This document shows positions 1 through 12,699 of a stretch of DNA of 38,247 nt, piece after piece; position 1 is the stretch's first letter, and each line of letters begins with the position of its first letter. The stretch spans positions 1 to 38,247 of the forward strand of contig JAXLNO010000091.1 in the NCBI GenBank assembly GCA_038087875.1, given 5' to 3'. The notes below the pieces were generated by a model. It had not been told where the DNA came from. It saw only the letters and a program-made list of their open reading frames with translations, and did not search any database. This stretch comes from Malacoraja senta (lineage: Eukaryota). Both the position numbers and the translations under genes were made by a program.

Positions 1-3000
1 GTTTGTGGCGACCTTGCCTGATTTATGTCGACCTTGCCGGAAATGTGGCAACCTTGTCGGATTTGTGGCGACCTTGCTGGAAATATGGCGACCTTGCCGG
101 TAATGTAGCGACCATGCCTGTTTGTGGCGACCTTGCCGCATTTATGGCGACCTTGCCGGAAATGTGGAGACTTTGCCGGAAATATGGCGACAATGTCGGG
201 TTTGTGGCGACCTTGCCGGATTTATGCCGACCTTGCCTGATTTGTGGCGACCTTGCCGGATTTATGACGACCTTGCCGGAAATATGGGGACATTGTTTGA
301 TTTCTGGCGACCTTACCGGAAATATGGCGACCTTGCCGGAATTGTGGCGACGTTCCAGGATTTATGGCGACCTTGTCGGAAATATGGCGACATTGTCGGG
401 TTTGTGGCGACCTTGCCGGATTTGTGGCGACCTCGCCGGATTTATGGCTACCTTACCGGAAATAGGGCGACCTTGCCGGGTTTGTGGCGACCTTGCCGGA
501 TATATGGCGATTTTGCCGGAAATATGGCGACCTTGCCGGGTTTCTGACGACCTTGCCGTATTTATGGCGACCTTGCCGGATTTATGGCGACATTTCGGGA
601 TTTGTGGCGACCTTGCCGGAAATATGGCGACCTCGCCGGATTTATGGCGATCTTGACAGATTTGTGGCGACCTTGCCGGAAATATCGAGACCTCGCCGCA
701 TTTATGGCGACCTTGCCGGATTTATGACGACCTTTCCGGGTTCGTGGCGACCTTGCCGGATATATAGCGACCTTGCCGGAAATATGGCGACGTTGCCGGA
801 TTTCTGACGACCTTGCCGGATTTATGGCGACCTTGCCGGATTTATGGCGACCTTTCCGGATTTGTGGCGACCTTGCCGGAAATATGGCGACCTCGCCGCA
901 TTTATGGCGACCTTGCCGAGTTTATGGCGACCTTGCCGGAAATATGGCGTCCGCGCCGGATTGTTGGCGAACTTGCCAGATTTATGGCGACCTTGTCCGG
1001 AAATATGGCGTCCTCGCCGGATTTGTGGCGACCTTGCCAGATTTATGGCAACCATGACGGAATATGGCGACCTCGCCGGATTTGTGGCGACCTTGCCGGA
1101 TTTATGGCGACCTTGCCGGAAATATGGCTACTTCGCCAGATTTGTGGTGACCTTGCCGATTTCTGGCTACCTCGCCGGATTTCTGCCGACCTTGCCGGGT
1201 TTGTGGCGACCTTGCCGGATATATGGCGACCTTGCCAGAAATATGGCGACGTTGCCGGATTTCTGACGACCTTGCCGGATTTATCGCGACATTGCCGGAT
1301 TTATGGCGACCTTTCCGGATTTGTGGCGTCCTTGCCGGAAATATGGCGACCTCGCCGGATTTATGGCGACCTTGCCAGATTTGTGGCGACCTTGCCGGAA
1401 ATACGGCGACCTCGCCGCATTTATGGTGACCTTGCCGGATTTATGGCGACCTTGCCGGATTTATGGCGACCTTGCCGGGAATATGGCGTCCTCGCCGGAT
1501 TTGTGGCGACCTTGCCGGATTTATGGCGACCATGCCGGAAATATGGCGACCTCATCGGATTTGTGGCGACCTTGCCGGATTTATGGCGACCTTGCCAGAT
1601 ATATGGCTACTTCGCCGGATTTGTGGCGACCTTGCGGATTTCTGGCGACCTTGTCCGGAAATATGGCGTCCTCGCCGGATTTGTGGGGACTTTGCCAGAT
1701 TTATGGCGACCTTGCCGGAAATATGGCTACTTCGCCAGATTTGTGGTGACCTTGCCGATTTCTGGCTACCTCGCCGGATTTCTGCCGACCTTGCCGGGTT
1801 TGTGGCGACCTTGCCGGATATATGGCGACCTTGCCAGAAATATGGCGACCTCGCCGGATTTATGGCGACCTTGCCAGATTTGTGGCGACCTTTTCGGAAA
1901 TATGGCGACCTCGCCGCATTTATGGCGACCTTGCCGGATTTATGGCGACCTTGCCGGATTTATGGCGACCTTGCCGGGAATATGGCGTCCTCGCCGGATT
2001 TGTGGCGACCTTGCCGGATTTATGGCGACCATGCCGGTAATATGGCGACCTCATCGGATTTATGGCGACCTTGCCGGATTTATGGCGACCTTGCCGGGAA
2101 TATGGCTACTTCGCCGGATTTGTGGCGACCTTGCGGATTTCTGGCTACCTTGCCGGAAATATGGCGATTTGCCGGATTTGTGGCCACCGTGCCGGATTTA
2201 TGACGACCTTGCCGGAAATATGGCGACATTGCCGGATTTGTGACGACGATGCCGGATTTATGGAGTCCTTGCCGAAATGTTGCGACCTTGCCGGATTTGT
2301 GTCGACCTTGCCGAATTCAAGGCGACCTTGACGAAATGTGGCTACCTTGCCGGGTTTGTGGCGACCTTGCCTGATTTATGTCGACCTTGCCGGAAATGTA
2401 GCAACCTTGCCGGATTTGTGGCGACCTTGCTGGAATTATGGCGACCTTGCCGGTAATGTAGCGACCATGCCTGCTTTGTGGCGACCTTGCCGCATTTATG
2501 GCGACCTTGCCGGAAATGTGGCGACTTTGCCGGAAATATGGCGACATTGTCGGGTTTGTGGCGACCTTGCCGGATTTATGCCGACCTTGCCGGATTTGTG
2601 GCGACCTTGCCGGATTTATGACGACCTTGCCGGAAATATGGCGACATTGTCTGATTTCTGGCGACCTTGCCGGAAATATGGCGACCTTGCCGGATTTGTG
2701 GCGACGTTCCCGGATTTATGGCGACCTTGTCGGAAATATGGCGACATTGTCGGATTTGTGGCGACCTTGCCGGGTTTGTGGCGACCTCGCCGGATTTATG
2801 ACGACCTTGCCGGAAATATGGCGACCTTGCCGGATTTGTGGCGACCTCGCCGGATTTATGGCGACCTTGCCAGAAATAGGGCGACCTTGCCGGGTTTGTG
2901 GCGACCTTGCCGGATATATGGCGATTTAGCCGGATATGTGGCGACCTTGCCGGGTTTGTGGCGACCTTGCCGGATATATGGCGATCTTGCCGGAAATGTG

Positions 3001-6000
3001 GCGACGTTGCCGGATATCGGACGACCTTGCCGGATTTATGGCGACCTTGCCGGATTTATGGCGACCTTTCCGGATTTGTGGCGACCTTGCCGGAAATATG
3101 GCGACCTCGCCGGATTTATGGCGATCTTGCCAGATTTGTGGCGACCTTGCCGGAAATATGGCGACCTCGCCGCATTTATGGCGACCTTGCGGATTTATGG
3201 CGACCTTGCCGGAAATATGTCGACCTTGCCGGATTTGTGGCGACCTTGCGGATTTATGGCGACCTTGCGGATTTATGGCGACCTTGTCGGAAATAAGGCG
3301 ACCTTGCAGGGTTTGTGGCGACCTTGCCGGATATATGGCGATCTTGCCGGAAATATGCCGACGTTGCCGAATTTCTGACGACCTTGCCGGATTTATGGCG
3401 ACCATGCCGGAATATGGCGACCTCGCCGGATTTGTGGCGACCTTGCCGGATTTATGGCGACCTTGCCGGAAATATGGCTACTTCGCCGGATTTGTGGTGA
3501 CCTTGCCCATTTCTGTCTACCTCGCCGGATTTCTGCCGACCTTGCCGGGTTTGTGGCGACCTTGCCGGATATATGGCGACTTTGCCAGAAATATGGCGAC
3601 GTTGCCGGATTTCTGACGACCTTGCCGGATATATTGCGACCTTGCCGGAAATATGGCGACCTTTCCGGATTTGTGGCGACCTTGCCAGAAATATGGCGAC
3701 CTCGCCGGATTTATGGCGACTTTGCCAGATTTGTGGCGACCTTGCCGGAAATATGGCGACCTCGCCGGATTTATGGCGACCTTGCCAGATTTGTGGCCAC
3801 CTTGCCGGAAATATGGCGACCTCGCCGCATTTATGGCGACCTTGCCGGATTTATGGCGACCATTCCGTAAATATGGCGACCTCACCGGATTTGTGGCGAC
3901 CTTGCCGGATTTATGGCGACCTTGCCGGAAATATGGCTACTTCGCCGGGTTTATGGCGACCTTTCCGGATTTGTGGCGACCTTGCCGGAAATATGGCGAC
4001 CTCGCCGCATTTATGGCGACCTTGCCGGGTTTATGGAGACCTTGCCGGAAATATGGCGACATTGCCGGATTTGTGACGACGATGCCAGATTTATGGCGAC
4101 CTTGTCCGGAAAAATGGCGTCCTCGCCGGATTTGTGGCGACCTTGCCAGATTTATGGCGACCATGCCGGAATATGGCTACCTCGCCGGATTTGTGGCGAC
4201 CTTGCTGGAAATATGGCGACCTTGCCGGATTTGTGGCGACCTCGCCGGATTTATGGCGACCTTGCCGGAAATAGGGCGACCTTGCCGGGTTTGTGGCGAC
4301 CTTGCCGGATATATGGCGATTTTGCCGGGAATATGGCGACCTTGCCGGGTTTGTGGCGACCTTGCCGGGTATATGGCGATCTTGCCGGAAATATAGCGAC
4401 GTTGCCGGATTTCTGACGACCTTGCCGGATTTATGGCGACCTTGCCGGATTTATGGCGACCTTTCGGGATTTGTGGCGACCTTGCCGGTAATATGGCGAC
4501 CTCGCCGGATTTATGGCGATCTTGCCAGATTTGTGGCGACCTTGCCGGAAATATCGAGACCTCGCCGCATTTATGGCGACCTTGCCGGAAATATGGCGAC
4601 ATTGCCGGATTTGTGACGACGATGCCGGATTTATGGCGTCTTGCCGAAATGTTGCGACCTTGCCGGATTTGTGTCGACCTTGCCGGATTCAAGGCGACCT
4701 TGACGAAATGTGGTTACCTTGCCGGGTTTGTGGCGACCTTGCCTGATTTATGTCGACCTTGCCGGAAATGTGGCAACCTTGTCGGATTTGTGGCGACCTT
4801 GCTGGAAATATGGCGACCTTGCCGGTAATGTAGCGACCATGCCTGTTTGTGGCGACCTTGCCGCATTTATGGCGACCTTGCCGGAAATGTGGCGACTTTG
4901 CCGGAAATATGGCGACAATGTCGGGTTTGTGGCGACCTTGCCGGATTTATGCCGACCTTGCCTGATTTGTGGCGACCTTGCCGGATTTATGACGACCTTG
5001 CCGGAAATATGGGGACATTGTTTGATTTCTGGCGACCTTACCGGAAATATGGCGACCTTGCCGGATTTGTGGCGACGTTCCAGGATTTATGGCGACCTTG
5101 TCGGAAATATGGCGACATTGTCGGGTTTGTGGCGACCTTGCCGGATTTGTGGCGACCTCGCCGGATTTATGGCGACCTTACGGGAAATAGGGCGACCTTG
5201 CCGGGTTTGTGGCGACCTTGCCGGATATATGGCGATTTTGCCGGAAATATGGCGACCTTGCCGGGTTTCTGACGACCTTGCCGTATTTATGGCGACCTTG
5301 CCGGATTTATGGCGACCTTTCGGGATTTGTGGCGACCTTGCCGGAAATATGGCGACCTCGCCGGATTTATGGCGATCTTGACAGATTTGTGGCGACCTTG
5401 CCGGAAATATCGAGACCTCGCCGCATTTATGGCGACCTTGCCGAATTTATGACGACCTTTCCGGGTTCGTGGCGACCTTGCCGGATATATAGCGACCTTG
5501 CCGGAAATATGGCGACGTTGCCGGATTTCTGACGACCTTGCCGGATTTATGGCGACCTTGCCGGATTTATGGCGACCTTTCCGGATTTGTGGCGACCTTG
5601 CCGGAAATATGGCGACCTCGCCGCATTTATGGCGACCTTGCCGGGTTTATGGCGACCTTGCCGGAAATATGGCGTCCTCGCCGGATTGTTGGCGAACTTG
5701 CCAGATTTATGGCGACCTTGTCCGGAAATATGGCGTCCTCGCCGGATATGTGGCGACCTTGCCAGATTTATGGCAACCATGCCGGAATATGGCGACCTCG
5801 CCGGATTTGTGGCGACCTTGCCGGATTTATGGCGACCTTGCCGGAAATATGGCTACTTCGCCAGATTTGTGGTGACCTTGCCGATTTCTGGCTACCTCGC
5901 CGGATTTCTGCCGACCTTGCCGGGTTTGTGGCGACCTTGCCGGATATATGGCGACCTTGCCAGAAATATGGCGACGTTGCCGGATTTCTGACGACCTTGC

Positions 6001-9000
6001 CGGGTTTATCGCGACATTGCCGGATTTATGGCGACCTTTCCGGATTTGTGGCGTCCTTGCCGGAAATATGGCGACCTCGCCGGATTTATGGCGACCTTGC
6101 CAGATTTGTGGCGACCTTGCCGGAAATATGGCGACCTCGCCGCATTTATGGTGACCTTGCCGGATTTATGGCGACCTTGCCGGATTTATGGCGACCTTGC
6201 CGGGAATATGGCGTCCTCGCCGGATTTGTGGCGACCTTGCCGGATTTATGGCGACCATGCCGGAAATATGGCGACCTCATCGGATTTGTGGCGACCTTGC
6301 CGGATTTATGGCGACCTTGCCGGATATATGGCTACTTCGCCGGATTTGTGGCGACCTTGCGGATTTCTGGCGACCTTGTCCGGAAATATGGCGTCCTCGC
6401 CGGATTTGTGGGGACCCTGCCAGATTTATGGCAACCATGCCGGAATATGGCGACCTCGCCGGATTTGTGGCGACCTTGCCGGATTTATGGCGACCTTGCC
6501 GGAAATATGGCTACTTCGCCAGATTTGTGGTGACCTTGCCGATTTCTGGCTACCTCGCCGGATTTCTGCCGACCTTGCCGGGTTTGTGGCGACCTTGCCG
6601 GATATATGGCGACCTTGCCAGAAATATGGCGACGTTGCCGGATTTCTGACGACCTTGCCGGATTTATCGCGACATTGCCGGATTTATGGCGACCTTTCCG
6701 GATTTGTGGCGACCTTGCCGGAAATATGGCGACCTCGCCGGATTTATGGCGACCTTGCCAGATTTGTGGCGACCTTGCCGGAAATATGGCGACCTCGCCG
6801 CATTTATGGCGACCTTGCCGGATTTATGGCGACCTTGCCGGATTTATGGCGACCTTGCCGGGAATATGGCGTCCTCGCCGGATTTGTGGCGACCTTGCCG
6901 GATTTATGGCGACCATGCCGGAAATATGGCGACCTCATCGGATTTGTGGCGACCTTGCCGGATTTATGGCGACCTTGCCGGAAATATGGCTACTTCGCCG
7001 GATTTGTGGCGACCTTGCGGATTTCTGGCTACCTTGCCGGAAATATGGCGATTTGCCGGATTTGTGGCCACCGTGCCGGATTTATGACGACCTTGCCGGA
7101 AATATGGCGACATTACCGGATTTGTGACGACGATGTCGGATTTATGGAGTCCTTGCCGAAATGTTGCGACCTTGCCGGATTTGTGTCGACCTTGCCGAAT
7201 TCAAGGCGACCTTGACGAAATGTGGCTACCTTGCCGGGTTTGTGGCGACCTTGCCTGATTTATGTCGACCTTGCCGGAAATGTAGCAACCTTGCCGGATT
7301 TGTGGCGACCTTGCTGGAATTATGGCGACCTTGCCGGTAATGTAGCGACCATGCCTGCTTTGTGGCGACCTTGCCGCATTTATGGCGACCTTGCCGGAAA
7401 TGTGGCGACTTTGCCGGAAATATGGCGACATTGTCGGGTTTGTGGCGACCTTGCCGGATTTTTGCCGACCTTGCCGGATTTGTGGCGACCTTGCCGGATT
7501 TATGACGACCTTGCCGGAAATATGGCGACATTGTCTGATTTCTGGCGACCTTGCCGGAAATATGGCGACCTTGCCGGATTTGTGGCGACGTTCCCGGATT
7601 TATGGCGACCTTGTCGGAAATATGGCGACATTGTCGGGTTTGTGGCGACCTTGCCGGGTTTGTGGCGACCTCGCCGGATTTAGGACGACCTTGCCGGAAA
7701 TATGGCGACCTTGCCGGATTTGTGGCGACCTCGCCGGATTTATGGCGACCTTGCCAGAAATAGGGGACCTTGCCGGGTTTGTGGCGACCTTGCCGGATAT
7801 ATGGCGATTTAGCCGGATATGTGGCGACCTTGCCGGGTTTGTGGCGACCTTGCCGGATATATGGCGATCTTGCCGGAAATATGGCGACGTTGCCGGATAT
7901 CTGACGACCTTGCCGGATTTATGGCGATCTTGCCGGATTTATGGCGACCTTTCCGGATTTGTGGCGACCTTGCCGGAAATATGGCGACCTCGCCGGATTT
8001 ATGGCGATCTTGCCAGATTTGTGGCGACCTTGCCGGAAATATGGCGACCTCGCCGCATTTATGGCGACCTTGCGGATTTATGGCGACCTTGCCAGAAATA
8101 TGTCGACCTTGCCGGATTTGTGGCGACCTTGCGGATTTATGGCGACCTTGTCGGAAATAAGGCGACCTTGCAGGGTTTGTGGCGAAATGCCGGATATATG
8201 GCGATCTTGCCGGAAATATGCCGACGTTGCCGGATTTCTGACGACCTTGCCGGATTTATGGCGACCATGCCGGAATATGGCGACCTCACCGGATTTGTGG
8301 CGACCTTGCCGGATTTATGGCGACCTTGCCGGAATATGGCTACTTCGCCGGATTTGTGGTGACTTTGCCCATTTCTGTCTACCTCGCCGGATTTCTGCCG
8401 ACCTTGCCGGGTTTGTGGCGACCTTGCCGGATATATGGCGAACCTTGCCAGAAATATGGCGACGTTGCCGGATTTCTGACGACCTTGCCGGATATATTGC
8501 GACCTTGCCGGAAATATGGCGACCTTTCCGGATTTGTGGCGACCTTGCCGGAAATATGGCGACCTCGCCGGATTTATGGCGACTTTGCCAGATTTGTGGC
8601 GACCTTGCCGGAAATATGGCGACCTCGCCGGATTTATGGCGACCTTGTCAGATTTGTGGCCACCTTGCCGGAAATATGGCGACCTCGCCGCATTTATGGC
8701 GACCTTGCCGGATTTATGGCGACCATTCCGTAAATATGGCGACATCACCGGATTTGTGGCGACCTTGCCGGATTTATGGCGACCTTGCCGGAAATATGGC
8801 TACTTCGCCGGGTTTATGGCGACCTTTCCGGATTTGTGGCGACCTTGCCGGAAATATGGCGACCTCGCCGCATTTATGGCGACCTTGCCGGGTTTATGGA
8901 GACCTTGCCGGAAATATGGCGACATTGCCGGATTTGTGACGACGATGCCAGATTTATGGCGACAATGCCGGAATATGGCGACCTCGCCGGATTTGTGGCG

Positions 9001-9640
9001 ACCTTGCCGGATTTATGGCGACCTTGCCGGAAATATGGCTACTTCGCCGGATTTGTGGTGACCTTGCCGATTTCTGTCTACCTCGCCGGATTTCTGCCGA
9101 CCTTGCCGGGTTTGTGGCGACCTTGCCGGATATATGGCGACCTTGCCAGAAATATAGCGACGTTGCCGGATTTCTGACGACCTTGCCGGATATATTGCGA
9201 CCTTGCCGGAAATATGGCGACCTCGCCGTATTTGTGGCGACCTTGCCAGATTTGTGGCGACCTTGCCGGAAATATGGCGACCTCGCCGGATTTATGGCGA
9301 CCTTGCCAGATTTGTGGCCACCTTGCCGGAAATATGGCGACCTCGCCGCATTTATGGCGATCTTGCCGGATTTATGGCGACCATGCCGTAAATATGGCGA
9401 CCTCACCGGATTTGTGGCGACCTTGCCGGGTTTATGGCGACCTTGCCGGAAATATGGCTACTTCGCCGGATTTGTGGCGACCTTGCGGATTTCTGGCTAC
9501 CTTGCCGGAAATATGGCGACCTTGCCGGATTTGTAGCGACCTTGCCGGATTTATGACGACCTTGCCGGAAATATGGCGACATTGCCGGATTTGTGACGAC
9601 GATGCCGTATTTATGACGTCCTTGCCGAAATGTTGCGACC
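1..9640 (+). repeat. A-B-A'-B' dimeric higher-order repeat, period 4725-4884 bp
   Basis: Position 1 aligns to 4726 (offset 4725) through shared private variants GCCTGTTTG, GACAATGTC, GGGGACATTGTTTGA, GGTTCGTGG and GATTGTTGG. The region from 2338 aligns to 7222 (offset 4884) through TGTAGCAACC, GCCTGCTTTG and GCGATTTAGCC. ORF pairs 122/4847 and 2338/7222 give the same offsets. B' departs from B after ~8960. Confidence 0.88.
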
Positions 9641-9869
9641 TTGCCGGGTTTGTGGCGACCTTGCCTGATTTATGTCGACCTTGCAGGTAATGTGGCAACC
9701 TTGCCGGATTTGTGGCGACCTTGCTAGAATTATGGCGACCTTGCCGGTAATGTAGGGACCATGCCTGATTTGTGGCGACCTTGCCGGATTTATGGCGACC
9801 TTGCCTGAAATGTGGCGACCTTGCCGGAAATATGGCGACATTGTCGGAAATATGGCGACATTGTCGGGT

Positions 9870-11270
9870 TTGTGGCGACCTTGCCGGATTTGTGGCGACC
9901 TCGCCGGATTTATGGCGACCTTGCCGGAAATACGGCGACCTTGCCGGGTTTGTGGCGACCTTGCCGGATATATGGCGATTTTGCCGGAAAGATCGCGACC
10001 TTGCCGGGTTTGTGGCGACCTTGCCGGATATATGGCGATCTTGCCGGAAATATGGCGACGTTGCCGGATTTCTGACGACCTTGCCGGATTTATTGCGACC
10101 TTGCCGGATTTATGGCGACCTTTCGGGATTTGTGGCGACCTTGCCGGAAATACGGCGACCTCGCCGCATTTATGGCGACTTTGCCGGATTTGTGGCGACC
10201 TTGCCGGATTTATGGCGACCTTGTCGGAAATATGGCGACCTTGCCAGGTTTGTGGCGACCTAGCCGGATTTATGGCGACCTTTCCGGATTTGTGGCGACC
10301 TTGACGGAAATATGGCGACCTCGCCGGATTTATGGCGACCTTGCCAGATTTGTGGCGACATTGCCGGAAATATGGCGACCTCGCCGCATTTATGGCGACC
10401 TTCCCGGATTTATGGCGACCTTGCCGGAAATATGGCGACCTCGCCGGATTTGTGGCGACCTTGCCGGATTTATGGTGACCTTGCTGGAAATATGGCTACT
10501 ACGCCGGATTTGTGGCGACCTTGCGGATTTCTGGCTACCTTGCCGGAAATATGGCGACCTTGCCGGATTTGTGGGGACCTTGCCGGATTTGTGGCGACCT
10601 CGCCGGATTTATGGCGACCTTGCCGGAAATACGGCGACCTTGCCGGGTTTGTGGCGACCTTGCCGGATATATGGCGATTTTGCCGGAAAGATCGCGACCT
10701 TGCCGGGTTTGTGGCGACCTTGCCGGATATATGGCGATCTTGCCGGAAATATGGCGACGTTGCCGGATTTCTGACGACCTTGCCGGATTTATTGCGACCT
10801 TGCCGGATTTATGGCGACCTTTCGGGATTTGTGGCGACCTTGCCGGAAATACGGCGACCTCGCCGCATTTATGGCGACTTTGCCGGATTTGTGGCGACCT
10901 TGCCGGATTTATGGCGACCTTGTCGGAAATATGGCGACCTTGCCAGGTTTGTGGCGACCTAGCCGGATTTATGGCGACCTTTCCGGATTTGTGGCGACCT
11001 TGACGAATATATGGCGACCTCGCCGGATTTATGGCGACCTTGCCAGATTTGTGGCGACATTGCCGGAAATATGGCGACCTCGCCGCATTTATGGCGACCT
11101 TCCCGGATTTATGGCGACGTTGCCGGAAATATGGCGACCTCGCCGGATTTGTGGCGACCTTGCCGGATTTATGGTGACCTTGCTGTAAATATGGCTACTA
11201 CGCCGGATTTGTGGCGACCTTGCGGATTTCTGGCTACCTTGCCGGAAATATGGCGACCTTGCCGTATTTG
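9870..11270 (+). repeat. Near-identical 699-bp tandem duplication (35 monomers)
   Basis: The private variants GGAAAGATCGCGAC (GATCGC at 9991 and 10690), GCCAGGTTT, GACCTAGCC and GGCTACTACG each recur 699 bp apart. ORF pairs 10112/10811 and 10312/11011 agree. Confidence 0.9.
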
Positions 11271-12699
11271 TGGGGCCTTGCCGGATTTATGCCGACCTTG
11301 CCGGATATATGGCGACTTCGCTGGATATATGGCGACCTTGCCAGAAATATGGCGACCTTGCCGGATTTGTGGCGACCTCGCCGGTTATGGCGACGTTACC
11401 GGAAATAGGGCGACCTTGCCGGGTTTGTGGCGACCTTGCCGGATATATGGCGATTTTGCCGGAAATATGGCGACATTGCCGGGTTTGTGGCGACCTTGCC
11501 GGATATATGGCGATCTTGACGATAATATGGCGACGTTGCCGGATTTCTGACGACCTTGCCAGATTTATGGCGACCTTGCCGGATTTATGGCGACCTTTCC
11601 GGATGTGTGGCGACCTTGCCGGGAATATGGCGTCCTCGCCGGATTTGTGGGGACCTTGCCGGATTTATGGCGACATTGCCGGAAATATGGCGACCTCGCC
11701 GCATTTATGGCGACCTTCCCGGATTTATGGCGACCTTGCCGGAAATATGGCGTCCTCGCCGGATTTGTGGCGACCTTGCCGGATTTATGGTGACCTTGCT
11801 GGAAATATGGCTACTACGCCGGATTTGTGGCGACCTTGCGGATTTCTGGCCAGCTTGCCGGAAATATGGCGACCTTGCCGGATTTGTGGGGACCTTGCCG
11901 GATTTATGCCGACCTTGCCGGATATATGGCGACTTCGCTGGATATATGGCGACCTTGCCAGAAATATGGCGACCGTGCCGGATTTGTGGCGACCTCGCCG
12001 GTTTATGGCGACCTTGCCGGAAATAGGGCGACCTTGCCGGGTTTGTGGCGACCTTGCCGGATATATGGCGATTTTGCCGGAAATATGGCGACATTGCCGG
12101 GTTTGTGGCGACCTTGCCGGATATATGGCGATCTTGACGATAATATGGCGACGTTGCCGGATTTCTGACGACCTTGCCAGATTTATGGCGACCTTGCCGG
12201 ATGTATGGCGACCTTTCCGGATTTGTGGCGACCTTGCCGGATTTATGGCGACCTTGCCGGAAATATGGCTACTTCGCCGGATTTGTGGCGACCTTGCGGA
12301 TTTCTGGCTACCTCGCCGGATTTATGCCGACCTTGCCGGATTTGTGGCGCCATTGCCGGATTTATGGCGATCTTGTCGGAAATATGGCGACCTTGCCGGG
12401 TTTGTGGCGACCTTGCCGGATATATGGCGACCTTGCCGGAAATATGGCGACGTTGCGGATTTCTGACGACCTTGCCGGATTTATGGCGACCTTGCCGGAT
12501 TTATGGCGACCTTTCCGGATTTGTGGCGAACTTGCCGGAAATATGGCAACCTCGCCGGATTTGTGGCGACCTTGCCGGATTTATGACGACCTTGCCGGAA
12601 ATATGGCGACATTGCCGGATTTGTGACGACGATGCCGGATTTATGGCGACCTTGCCGAAATGATGCGACCTTGCCGGATTTGTGTCGACCTTGCTGGGT

